Origin: Minutocellus sp. GHC0000111
Taxonomy: Eukaryota
Length of the DNA: 64,000 nt
Direction of reading: 5' to 3'
NCBI GenBank assembly: GCA_977018835.1
Contig: OZ361260.1
Span: 3,596,001 to 3,660,000, forward strand
Made by a program: the position numbers and the translations under genes. How positions within the stretch are numbered: the stretch's first letter is position 1; every line of letters begins with the position of its first letter. Under the pieces are notes generated by a model. The model worked only from the letters and a program-made list of their open reading frames with translations, did no database searches and was not told the DNA's origin. Below are positions 49,775 through 60,743 of this stretch, piece by piece.

Positions 49775-50755
49775 ATGCAGTCCGAGCGAGTAGATCCGGA
49801 GCTTCGTGCCCTGCTGAAGAAGATGCCAGCGACGACAACATTCAATAAGCAGTGGAAGATCAACATATTTACCTTCCTCATGTCGATTCCAGGACTGACG
49901 CTCAAGGGAGTCAAATCCACCAAGATCAAGGGCGGGGTTGGCACACTCTACTTTCCTGGTCACAAAGAAAAAGATTCAATCAATAGCACCGGTGGAGCGG
50001 CACTCATATGGATACACGGGGGTGGGAGAATTATGGGTTCCGCATCAGGTGCTACCGAGAGCATCGTTTGCTCAAAATTAGTCAAAAGAATTGGCGTTCG
50101 AGTCCTAAGTGTTTCGTATCGTTTAGCACCGAAACATCCCTTCCCGGCTGCACTTGATGACTTACATTCTGCATACGAGTGGTTGGCTCGATACCTCAAG
50201 GAGGAACACAAGAGTGGTGATGTACGGATTGCAGTTGCCGGTGAAAGCGAAGGAGGTGGCCTTGCTGCGGAGCTTTGTCAGCGTTTGTTAGATGAGAGCA
50301 AAAATGGTGGCACTTTGCCAAATCCAGTGGCGCAGCTGCTTGTTTATCCTATGCTCGATGATCGAACATGCGTCAATGAAAGAAAAGCAAATGGCCCTCC
50401 ACATTTTGTTTGGAACAGTACCAGCAATCAGTACGGTTGGTCGTCTTATCTTGGACCAGATTATAAACCCGGTGATTTGAAATTACCGGAGTATGCTGCT
50501 GCGGCACGACGAGTCGACCTATCATCGCTGCCACCGACGTGGATTGTAGCAGGCGGTCTTGATCTATTTCGAGACGAGTGCAAAGCATACGCTGATAGAC
50601 TGGAAGATGCGGGCGTGGAGACGAAATATGTCGAACTGTGCGGCGCATTTCACGGTTTCTTTGTAATGGGAAAAGATGAAGAGCCCGTCGTGAAAGTGTG
50701 GGAAAGCTTTGTGGAGTTTGGGCGGCGGCACCTCTTGACAAAGCGTGGTGAATGA
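49775..50755 (+). CDS. Alpha/beta hydrolase fold-3 (HSL-family esterase/lipase)
   Basis: WIHGGG, YRLAPKHPFPAALDD, GES(E)GG, YPMLDDRT, DLFRDE and HGF motifs. Confidence 0.9.
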   Translation: MQSERVDPELRALLKKMPATTTFNKQWKINIFTFLMSIPGLTLKGVKSTKIKGGVGTLYFPGHKEKDSINSTGGAALIWIHGGGRIMGSASGATESIVCSKLVKRIGVRVLSVSYRLAPKHPFPAALDDLHSAYEWLARYLKEEHKSGDVRIAVAGESEGGGLAAELCQRLLDESKNGGTLPNPVAQLLVYPMLDDRTCVNERKANGPPHFVWNSTSNQYGWSSYLGPDYKPGDLKLPEYAAAARRVDLSSLPPTWIVAGGLDLFRDECKAYADRLEDAGVETKYVELCGAFHGFFVMGKDEEPVVKVWESFVEFGRRHLLTKRGE

Positions 50756-51365
50756 AGCACAAAGTAGATCTAGATCTAGCAGCAGCTAATAAATACCGGT
50801 ACAAAATTCTTACAACAGTAGATCTACTACAAATGTAGAACATACAATTCTATCGGTAACCCATACATGTAGCAGCAATCATCGGTTTGTTGATAAAACG
50901 ATAGAGCCTCCTCTGACGTTGTTCGCTCTCCTCCCCGTCGTCGGAAAGAAAGTCGGAAAGTAGCCGCGCGGCCGAGTAGAAAAGCTCCTCGTCAAACTTT
51001 CCGATATTCCGAGTTTTTCCCCTTTTTTGAAATACAATAAATTTTGATTTTAAGGGTGTATCCCTTAAACCTCCCTGTATACTTACCTTGGTTCTTTGTT
51101 GTTCGCGGCAATTGCAGGTTCGCACTCGTGTCAATTTTGGTGGGATCTTTTGAATTCATGCGGATTCCTCGCAGAATCCTTTTGACAACTTCCCATTTTT
51201 TGAACAGAACTTGTAGTTGCACACTACATATCCTACCATACCTATCGACCAGCAGTGGCGTTCATCGTTGTTGATTGGTCCACATAGTCTACTCTCCATT
51301 CCCTTCCTCCTCCGCATTGCAATCGCCCTCATTCAACCAACTACCTACTTTTAGCGCAGCCAAGA

Positions 51366-54298
51366 ATGCATCTCCCAGAATTTGCCGTCGCCATCCTTGG
51401 CACCCTAATTCTTTCGAGTTCCGTTTTAGCTCAAGATATTGTCTTACATGATGTCGAGACGACAGCTTCTGATGTAAGCACCATCTTCAAAGGAAAGGAC
51501 TACGACGTCGTCGTAACCGGCGCTTCGTGGGATAGCGACCTTCTGAGCGCCGGCTTGACATCCGGAACCTACACAACTTCTGTCAACGGTGAGGTTCAGG
51601 CTACAGGCGAAGTCAACATCGATCCAAATGATCCCCCCGACGAAGTCCCTGTTGGTTCCATCAAGGTATCAAGTGGTGGCACGAAAACTGTGTCCGTAGA
51701 ATGGGCGTTTGCCCCTCCTCCTCCCAATTCTACCGCCATGCCTGCTGACGTTAGCGGTTCGACTTCAAGAGACTACCAAGCATTTGGTGCCGGCGCATCA
51801 CTCGTCCCTCTCATCGTCATCCTTTTACTTGCCGTTTGCACTGGCATCGTCGAACTTTCACTGACTACCGGTATATTTGTTGGTGCTTGCATCGTGGCAG
51901 GAAACGTTAAAGATGGCTTTAAGGTGAGTTGAGGCAGGCCAGAGGATCAAAGCATAGTGTCAAATAAATAAATGCGAACCCACTCAAATGAATCACTCAC
52001 CACCCAACCCACCTTTTATATAACATCTGTCTCAATCACACAGTTGACCCTTGAAAAGTACATCCTGGAAGCTCTTGCGGATGTCGGCCACGGCTACGTT
52101 TACTTGTTCACTCTATTTCTTGCCGGCCTCGTCGCTATCATGGAAAAGTCAGGTGGCATCAAGGGCCTCACGGTGCAGTTGGCTCGTATTGCGCGTACTC
52201 CCCGCACCGGCCTCCTCGCCGCATTCTTCAGCGGCTGCCTCATTTTCTTCGATGACTACGCGAATTGTTTGGTGATTGGCCAAACAATGCTCCCTATTCT
52301 CGATTCTCTAGGTGTCTCCCGCGAGAAGTTGGCTTATGTCGTCGATGCCACCGCTGCTCCCATTGCCTCGCTCGTTCCTGTAAGCTCATGGGTCGGATTT
52401 GAGGTCGGTCTCATTCAGGTAAGTTTGTTTTATTCCAACCGTAACACAATTGTTGCCAAATCTATTGGTGATTTTCTCTTCTTGCCAGTCAACTGATAAG
52501 TATCACTCATTTATATTTACCATTGTGCCTCTTACATCTACAGGAAGAATTAGACCGCATCGTTGCTCTAGGATGGGACCTCGGTTCCATCAAAGCATCC
52601 GGATATGGAGTTTTCTTGGAGTCTATCAAGTACCGCTACTATCCAATTTTCATGTTGTTCCGTGAGTTCTCTATATTTCTGAAGCGTTGTTTCTTTCTAC
52701 GCTCTGTTTTCGCACTTGCATGTATCTCACCCATCTATCTGATATCCCTCTGCTTCACTTTAGTCCAAATCTTACTCATCATCACCGCGAGAGATTTTGG
52801 ACTTATGCTCACTGCTGAGAGAAAGACTCAGGTGTACGGCCGAACGGACGGAGGCAAGGGCCGTGCGGCCGCCACGGAGAAGCTGTCCTCGGGAAACGCA
52901 CCCAAGGAATCTACTCCCGCCAAGATGTACAACATGCTGATCCCTGTCGCTCTATTGATCTTTTTCATCTTCTACCTTCTTGTTCAGAGTGGCAAGTCGG
53001 GTGATCCTGACGAAACCTTTCAGGATTATATCATGAACAGCGATTCTTATGTTGCCCTCCTATTTGGCACCATGGCCACGGCGCTCTGCACCGCTATCCT
53101 TTATCTGATCCAGTATGTTAATGATGATAGGATCACCCTGATTCCTCCCGTCTGTGGTTGGTTCAACCGTTACCTTCGCCGTGACCGATCTGCCGAGTAT
53201 CCCAAGGCTCTGATGAATGTGAAGGAGCTGGTCGAGTCCTTTCTCTTTGGTATGACAAAGATCTTCCCCGCTCTTATCGTCCTCACGCTCGCGTGGGCTG
53301 CAGGAAGCATGATGGGGGACGTAGGTACCGACCGTCTCTTCTCAAGCTGGATTGTTGGCGGCGTTGATCCTACAACTCTCCCTACTTTGAGCTTCATCAT
53401 TTCACTTCTCATTGCAACCGCCCTTGGTTCTTCGTGGGGTACCATGGCGATTCTTTTCCCGCTTATTACCATCCCTACCTTCGAGGCATCTGGAGGTGAT
53501 CCCGGAATCTTCTATGGTAAGTGGTCTTCTTTTCGTTCCCCAATCTTTATTACTATGATCGATGGAATATAGCGTATCTGATTCGAGTTTTGTAATTGAT
53601 CTATTTCCCTTTCTCCCCGCAAAGGCACTGTCGCCGGTATCCTTTCCGGTAGTGTTGCTGGAGACCACATCAGCCCAATTAGTGACACCACCGTCCTATC
53701 TTCGCTTGCCGCACAGTGCGACCTATTCCGTCATGTGATGACGCAAGCTCCATATGTTGCCGTGGTTGTTCTCTGGTCAATTCTCGTCGGCACGCTTCCT
53801 GTTGGCCGCGGCCGTTACAGCACCGGCGTTGGAATCTTCCTGGGTTTTGTTTTCACTCTCCTCACGGTCTTCCTTCTTGCCGTGCCAGTCATTTCGTCCA
53901 CTGGTCGGTTCGATCCTTTCCAGGAGCTTATGATGCGCTTTGACAAACGCTCCGGCCTTCACCTACTCAAGGAGCACACTGCCCTTTGCCATGCTCGTGG
54001 AGGACCCGTCTCCAAGGGTGAAGAGGTCCGGCCTGAAGATATCCCCGAAGGAGGATATAGACAGAGTATCCTTGGTAGGATGCAGGGTGCTATGCGCAGT
54101 TCAATGGCCGGTCGCCGATCTACCACGGTCCAACTCAACAAGAATACTCTATCGGCCATCCAGGAAGAGAAGGCCAATGCTGCCGGTATGGAAGATGTTG
54201 ATCTTGGCGAAGAGAGCGGAGGCAGCAGTGATCCTAAGGACGTTCCCGAGGCGTTTGTCGAGGAGGACAATGCCGAGGACAAAGCAGATTTTCCTTAG
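51366..54298 (+). CDS. NhaC-family Na+/H+ antiporter-like transporter; introns 51924-52043, 52419-52543, 52662-52763, 53517-53624
   Basis: IFFDDYAN, VSREKLAYVVDATAAP, GSSWGTM and GDHISPISDTTVLSS motifs; four GT-AG introns splice in frame. Confidence 0.9.
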
Positions 54299-54602
54299 AG
54301 ACTGCCAACGACGATTGTGAAGTTTCATCTTCGCTCCCAATTTATTTGTACTTGTTTGATTATTAGAGTTAATTGTATACTATCGTACATGTACCTTGCC
54401 ATGGCACATGGTTCGATACATTTATTTGTCACCGCTCCTGTCGCTGTTTTCTCTGCGCTTTACGCACAAAGACTGGCAACTGTACGAGCAATTTGTATTC
54501 TTAAAAAGAAAAGGTAAACTAGTTTGAGTGTTTCCATACTACGAAGCCATTTGTACTCGTAAACTATGAGCTAGTAGGAAGCTCTAAAGAGCCAGAAGAA
54601 GT

Positions 54603-55325
54603 CTACCCATGCAGAACAAGACCAACAAACAGCAATGCAATTGCGAGGAACATCGGCGAGTGAAGGATTGAGGCATCGCTGCACTCCCCGCCAAGGCCTT
54701 TCAGCGGCACATGGATTGCATCGTACTCCCTTCGAGGACAAGTGAAGTCTTTGAGAAGGCAGTCCTCTTGGCTGCATCGTTTGGGGAATGCATTGCAAAG
54801 CAAATGGCCCGAATTTTTTCAACAGAAATCCCCCTCTCGAATATAGTCCAAGTCTGCCGGTACGGTAGAAAGTTGCAGACAATCACAGCTGCTGACATTC
54901 ATCGCTATCGTCCTTAGCTCATCACTCAAATAGCAGTAGTTGCACATTGTGTCGTGAAGGGCTTGATCACTGACAGGCCCGTGACCTCCCGCAAGCTCTG
55001 TCAGCAACGATGCCAGACCCGATCGACACCATTCTGTCGATAACTCCATCGCTTGGCCGTTGCTGATGGACCCTCTCCCTCGACGAAATTCGAGTTGTGT
55101 CTCGTCGAATTTCATAATCTCCCAAGTTTTTGCTTCATCTCTACGGATGCTGTAGTAAGTCATCAACTCACTCTCAATGATGGTGGCTTGCGGCTCATCT
55201 TCGTAGGGTGACTCATACCACTGGTTGTAGGTGGTCAGACTGCACGCTGTTGAGTTGGCTGGTGATTCCATCACATGATGAGATACATCTGAGGCGTTCA
55301 GGCATGCAAGACAAGATAAGATCAT
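54603..55325 (-). CDS. Cys-rich secreted or anchored hypothetical protein with in-frame TGA at 54819-54821
   Basis: Reads EGDFC*KNSGHLLCNAFPKRCSQEDC..DFTCPRREYD through to a hydrophobic C-terminal tail. Confidence 0.6.
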
Positions 55326-55385
55326 TCGTCACTGCACATCATCCGGCGTCAGCGAAAATGAAACCTGCCCACAATATAACATCCT

Positions 55386-57080
55386 TTAAGCCAACCGAAC
55401 ATTGACCGCTCGATCGGACTTGACTTCACTGTCACTAGTTTCAGGCGCAACCTCGGTGTCAAAAATGACGGACAACGGCAGTCTACTCTCATCGATTGGA
55501 AGCGCTGCATCACCCAAAGCCAAGCCTTCCTGATAGCAAATGAACTCAGATTTCGTGCCCTTGATGCCAACAAAGCCGAATTGACCAGAACGACCAGTGA
55601 TCCACCGCTTCAATATGCCTTCGCAATCTTTCAGAGGACCAGAAGGCACATCGACCGCCTTGCTTGCTCCTCCATTCTCGCCATTTGCTTCGGCTGCTGC
55701 TTTTTTCGCAGCGCGTTCCGCACGAATGATGCGAATCTCTTCTGGCGTTCGCTTGGGTTTTGGATTCCGACCCCTCCTCCTGTCATCGTTGCGCCTTCTG
55801 GCCGGAATATTCGCTAATTCTTCGGTTTCTGCCGACGCGTCCTCGCCATTGCTGATTTCGGCTGCCTGAATATCACGAAATTCGGAGCTCTCAGCAAATT
55901 TGGTGAGAGACTGTACAGCATTCGCATCGCAAGATGAATCCCACAAAATGTGAGAAATGCGCTCGTGAGTTTCCTTATTGCGGCACGTAAGAAGCTGTTC
56001 GAGAGGGGGCATGTCTTCGTATTCCGGAACGATTCGACTTTGGATCAAGGGCGTCTCCCTGGATGCCATCGCCCAATCCCTTTCAGGAAGATCCACATAT
56101 CTGCAAAGGAACTCGAAATGCCAGGGTAAGAAATTGAATGCCTTCTTTTTGCCCATACTATCGTCACCAAAGTGATCCTTCATGTAGGATGCCAGCGTTC
56201 GATACCAGCCAATCCTTTCCGCAGCATCGGGGCTGTAAGATGCACCATCGTCGAATTCTTTGAAGATCCAGGGCTTCATTAGCGCTCCACGTCCAACCAT
56301 GACGGCATCGACTCCGCTTTGCTCCATCCTCATCTTGGCCTCGTAATGTGTCAGTATGTCCCCATTTCCAATTATGGGGACACCAGATTCGGCATTGTCG
56401 ACGACGGCTTGCTGAATCCGATCCCAATCGCATGCCTTGGAGTATCGTTGCTGAGCAGTCCGACCGTGTATGGTCACAGCGGCTGCACCTGCCTCGATGA
56501 TTGCAGGGACCAGCTCCACGACATTGATGGTATCATCCTCACATCCCAATCGAATCTTGACGGTTAGAGGCAGGTCGGAATCTTCGGCCATGCCATTGAC
56601 CAATCTTGCCAGCTTTTTCGGCGAACGGAGCAAGCTAGATCCCAGCCCTCGTCGCGTCGCCTCACTGATGGGACAGCCACAATTCAGGTCGACAAAGTCC
56701 GCCGTCCCCGCCTGGTGGATGAGCTCCATCGCCTTCCGTCCCTCCTCGACGTTGTTGGTGGCAATCTGCACGCCGAAGCATTCCTCGTTGGGTGCACGTC
56801 GGAGGCGGGCTCGCTCGACGGCATCCCCCTTGAGCAAACTGCGAGCGTAGACCATTTCCGAGAGTGATATGCGACATCCCAAGTCGGCGCACAGGCGTCG
56901 GTACGGAAGGTTGCCACCACGAGTGAGCGGTGCCAAGATCATTTGGTTGGTCAAGTCGACGGGCAGGGAGAGGGCGGAGGCAGCATGATGATGGATGGCA
57001 CTGCGAGATGCTGCCAGATAGAGCGACATCTTACACAGACGAGTCAGCGCCTTTCGCCGGCATGGGATGCTTCTGTTCAT
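55386..57080 (-). CDS. tRNA-dihydrouridine synthase (DUS3-like) with an N-terminal presequence and a C-terminal cold-shock-like domain
   Basis: LAPLTRGGNLPYRRLC, FVDLNCGCP, HGRTAQQRYSK, IGNGD and GRGALMKPWIF motifs. Confidence 0.9.
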   Translation of the reverse strand: MNRSIPCRRKALTRLCKMSLYLAASRSAIHHHAASALSLPVDLTNQMILAPLTRGGNLPYRRLCADLGCRISLSEMVYARSLLKGDAVERARLRRAPNEECFGVQIATNNVEEGRKAMELIHQAGTADFVDLNCGCPISEATRRGLGSSLLRSPKKLARLVNGMAEDSDLPLTVKIRLGCEDDTINVVELVPAIIEAGAAAVTIHGRTAQQRYSKACDWDRIQQAVVDNAESGVPIIGNGDILTHYEAKMRMEQSGVDAVMVGRGALMKPWIFKEFDDGASYSPDAAERIGWYRTLASYMKDHFGDDSMGKKKAFNFLPWHFEFLCRYVDLPERDWAMASRETPLIQSRIVPEYEDMPPLEQLLTCRNKETHERISHILWDSSCDANAVQSLTKFAESSEFRDIQAAEISNGEDASAETEELANIPARRRNDDRRRGRNPKPKRTPEEIRIIRAERAAKKAAAEANGENGGASKAVDVPSGPLKDCEGILKRWITGRSGQFGFVGIKGTKSEFICYQEGLALGDAALPIDESRLPLSVIFDTEVAPETSDSEVKSDRAVNVRLA

Positions 57081-57766
57081 CGTCGAGCTGGATACTTTCA
57101 ACTAGCCAGTGTTGTAATGGAAGTAGTGAGCCAGTATTGCATGATGATAGTCGATGCCCGTCTTTTTTCTTGCGGCGGAGATAGAGCTACGTAGCTACCT
57201 AGGTACGTGTAGAACTACGTAGTAGAGCGCGCGTCCTCGTCCTGATGGCGGACGGACTCTATTACGTTGTACTAATAGTAGGACTGTTCTCGGTCCCGTC
57301 ATCGTCATCGTCAGCGTCGCGTCAGGCCGAAGAATATCTGAAAATCTGAAAAGTTGCAAAGGAGGCCTCGGAAAGGTCGTCATTTGAACAGAAGCGAAGA
57401 AGGTGGAAAGCTAGAAAGTCACTCTTATCAAAATGGTCATCAGGACAAGATCAAGATTTCTGATATCTCTATGCGGGTTTCACAAAAGATTGAGACCGAG
57501 AACGAGGCCTGTGTTGGTAACAACGAGAGAGACAGTGGATTGAGACATAGCCTCTCGCTTTCCGATGCGATGTGCATGCCATGCCGAAATGCACAGGCGA
57601 CCACGCTGTACCAGGTACTACGTAGTAAGCCGACGGTCCGAGAAACGTCCCAGCACAACCGGTCGCAATGCATGTCTGTCTAATCTCGTCCCTCGTTGTT
57701 ATTGTCTTGACTGGTACATCTGTAGGATCCCCAGCGCTAATGCTAAGGAAGCATAATAAATAGGAC

Positions 57767-59644
57767 ATGTCATCCGCCGCGGCAACAGCATCAGCGGCCT
57801 CTGCGGCTACGCGTAATGCTGGTAGTGGCACCGGCTCTGACAGCGCTGGTGCGGCGGCGGCTGCTTCGCTGGAGGCAAAACCGTCAGGGCAAACACCAGC
57901 GAAGACGGCAAGGACGAAATGGTCCAAGCCAAAGAAGGGGAAGACGGCATACAACTTCCTTTTCTCCGAGGAGAGACTTCGCATCCTGGCCGAGAGGGAT
58001 CGGCAGGATGGCCAAGGAGGTTCGAAGGGTGCTGGACAAAATGAGCCTTGCGATGCTCCTTCCGTCGCAGCATCAGACATGTCAACTTCATCAAGAAAGA
58101 CGAGGAAGAAGCAGCCCCATGGCAAGATATCGTTCCAGGAGCTGGGGAGCGAAATCTCCAGGCGGTGGAAGCTGGTGTCGCTCGAAGACATGGCCCGGTA
58201 CGACGCTATGGCCAGAGAGGATGCCATACGCTACAGGAAGGAGATGGAGGAGTATGAAACGGAAAAGATGGCGGCAATGTACATGCTCCAGAGCGACATG
58301 ATGGTCAATCGCAATGCCGGCGTTCCTCAACTTTCGGCAGCTGCCAGTACTGCGAATGGTACAGGCGGTAGTGCCGCCGTCGCGCCTCCGGCACCTGTAT
58401 TTCAACAGCATCTTGCCAACAATAATATGAATGCGATGTACCAACCCATGCCACCGAGAGCGGACCATATGCAATCAGTTCCACCAGGACCGCAGATGCA
58501 GACGCAGACACAGGCCTCGTGGGCACCAGCTCAGGCTCAAGCGTCGGCCAACACAGAGGCCAACGTCGCCTTAAATTTTCAAGTGCCGGCGAATATGCCG
58601 ATGTCATTTGCTACTTCTTTTGCTCAGCAGGCAGTAGCAGCACCACCATCAGCACAAATACCACAATGGCCCACAGGAGCGCAATTCTTTTCCGGTGATA
58701 CACCTACTGCCAACGCCCAGACAATGACTCCGAATCAAGGACAGCAACAACAGACACAGTACCATGTCTTTTCGGGAACCGGAAACCTGACTGAGAGTCA
58801 AGTACAGCAAATCACGCAAGCCCTTCAGCAGCAAATGCATCAGCAGGGTGGCACCATACCGAGCAGTGCTCCTGCGTCGATTCCTTTTGGCTTTGAAACC
58901 GCCTCAAGCAGCATTACTTCCTCTCAGACTCTTCCTGCCGCATTGCTGGAGCGTCTCACCTCGACAAGCGGCAATTCTTCCTCATCGTCGTCTCCGTTCT
59001 TCCCAGTGTCGAATCAGGGGACTATGGCAACGTCGCTACCAGTACCACCAAGACCCGGCGGCCAGATGCCATCTTCAATGGCAGTGACCGTCAACGCATC
59101 CACCGTCTCGTCGTCTAGTAGCGGTACGACGACCAAGACGGAGACGGCCACCGCCACAATCGGTGGGCGGCAGGTGCCAGTGCGAATTCACCATCACAAC
59201 CATTACGTCACCATCTCCGAGGAAACGGGAGAGGTTGAAGTTCGATCCAGCAGTAGTAGCTCCGACGAAAAGGAGGGGATAGCAACGTCGACTTCCCGAT
59301 CGAGATCAAGATCGAGGTCGAGGTCATCCAACAAGTCGATGGAGAACGACAGTCTCTCCTCCATGTCCACCCTCACCAGCATCAAGCTCTCCGTAGCTCC
59401 TCAGAAGAAGAAGGACGACTCATCCCTGTCTGACATCAGCACTTCGACCGCCGAGTTGAAGTACTCCAATATTGAAGCGGGCCGTCTTCCACCCAGGAAG
59501 CGACGATCCCCATCTTCCTCTGCCAGCGCCGGTGAGTTTAGCAGCTGTAGCAATAGCAGCGGCGCCGCAAGCAGCGACTCGTCAAGTGTTGACTCGTCCA
59601 ACGCGGTATGTGGCGTCAAAAGAGCCAAGATCGGGGAGGATTGA
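57767..59644 (+). CDS. HMG-box protein (diatom type with HGKISFQEL insert) and a long Q/S-rich tail
   Basis: KPKKGKTAYNFLFSEER...PHGKISFQELGSEISRRWK...YDAMAREDAIRYRKEMEEY. Confidence 0.88.
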   Translation: MSSAAATASAASAATRNAGSGTGSDSAGAAAAASLEAKPSGQTPAKTARTKWSKPKKGKTAYNFLFSEERLRILAERDRQDGQGGSKGAGQNEPCDAPSVAASDMSTSSRKTRKKQPHGKISFQELGSEISRRWKLVSLEDMARYDAMAREDAIRYRKEMEEYETEKMAAMYMLQSDMMVNRNAGVPQLSAAASTANGTGGSAAVAPPAPVFQQHLANNNMNAMYQPMPPRADHMQSVPPGPQMQTQTQASWAPAQAQASANTEANVALNFQVPANMPMSFATSFAQQAVAAPPSAQIPQWPTGAQFFSGDTPTANAQTMTPNQGQQQQTQYHVFSGTGNLTESQVQQITQALQQQMHQQGGTIPSSAPASIPFGFETASSSITSSQTLPAALLERLTSTSGNSSSSSSPFFPVSNQGTMATSLPVPPRPGGQMPSSMAVTVNASTVSSSSSGTTTKTETATATIGGRQVPVRIHHHNHYVTISEETGEVEVRSSSSSSDEKEGIATSTSRSRSRSRSRSSNKSMENDSLSSMSTLTSIKLSVAPQKKKDDSSLSDISTSTAELKYSNIEAGRLPPRKRRSPSSSASAGEFSSCSNSSGAASSDSSSVDSSNAVCGVKRAKIGED

Positions 59645-59826
59645 TTTGCATAGGGGCATTCGAACTTCTGATTTTTGTTGCTACGGAAAACTACCGGTAC
59701 AGTAATTATTAATGACTCTAGCTAGTTTTTTTCGTCTAACATAATGTCTGCTGTCGAACTTTTAGTCTGTTCTTACATAAACGATCGTACTTGATAGCAT
59801 GGTCGAATGCCACTACTCAAATAATC

Positions 59827-60534
59827 TCAAATTTGATCGTACGGAAGGTCTTGGCCCAAGTCTATATCCACATCTAGGCAGGGCCAGATCTCGTAAAAGT
59901 CACAGTACATTGGCGAAGCTGCTGTATTGTCGGCGGAGACAGTGGTAGGTGTTTCATCATCAGTGCCCGTGATAACGGGAAGAGGAAGATCTAAGCCATC
60001 GAGACCACAACCGTTTTCCTCGAAGCCGTCAAGGAGAGCATCAATGACACCTTCGGCAAGCCAATCAACGTCGCCATCTGTAATGAAAAGAAAGGCGTTG
60101 TCGCCAACTCCGGCGGTACCAGGAGTAACATCGGTAAAAGGTCCTTCCTGCCAAGGCAACGCCACGACGGGATTGACAGAGTGGAAGCCCCAGATAATAT
60201 GACGGTGCGTCAGTTTCAGGGGCGACGAGACAGCGCCACGGCTGATGACAAGATGGGCTTCCCCGCTATCGTCATGGCGAATGGTGAGGCCACTGATGCC
60301 GAGACTGTCAAAGATGCAGAGGCCATCGAGGTCATATTCATCGACTCCCTTGCCTCGAAGATATCCAGCATTCGAAGAATCGACAGTACGGCCTCGGTGC
60401 TTGAGGGGCGATCCTGCAGGAGAGCCAAGCGCAACGTCGGCCTTTCTCTTTCGAGTGGTATCGTTGCGATCGAGGACACCAGGGAGCATCTTGTGGGTCG
60501 TGTGGGGGGCGAATGTGTAGTTGGCGGGCATCAT
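59827..60534 (-). CDS. Hypothetical protein
   Basis: 235-aa ATG-initiated ORF; no family recognised. Confidence 0.55.
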   Translation of the reverse strand: MMPANYTFAPHTTHKMLPGVLDRNDTTRKRKADVALGSPAGSPLKHRGRTVDSSNAGYLRGKGVDEYDLDGLCIFDSLGISGLTIRHDDSGEAHLVISRGAVSSPLKLTHRHIIWGFHSVNPVVALPWQEGPFTDVTPGTAGVGDNAFLFITDGDVDWLAEGVIDALLDGFEENGCGLDGLDLPLPVITGTDDETPTTVSADNTAASPMYCDFYEIWPCLDVDIDLGQDLPYDQI

Positions 60535-60743
60535 GTTGGTTGCAATCTTTGTTGAGCAGAATGTTCTCAGACACGCGGAAAAAGGGCGGAATCACAACGG
60601 GCGAGAGCGAGCCCAACGCCCGTCGGATTTGCCATTGGAAACGAAATCACAACCGATTACTCCACAGATTAGAAGATCCCAACATGACACACTACACCCA
60701 CTACCCAGCTGCAAATACCGGTAGTTCATTCTATGCAAACAAA

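Noticed and set aside
30106..54298. Bacterial contamination or a recent HGT island (PhoX, DoxX, NhaC, HSL esterase)
   Set aside because: Several of these genes have spliceosomal introns or eukaryotic targeting signals and are interleaved with eukaryotic genes; there is no operon structure.
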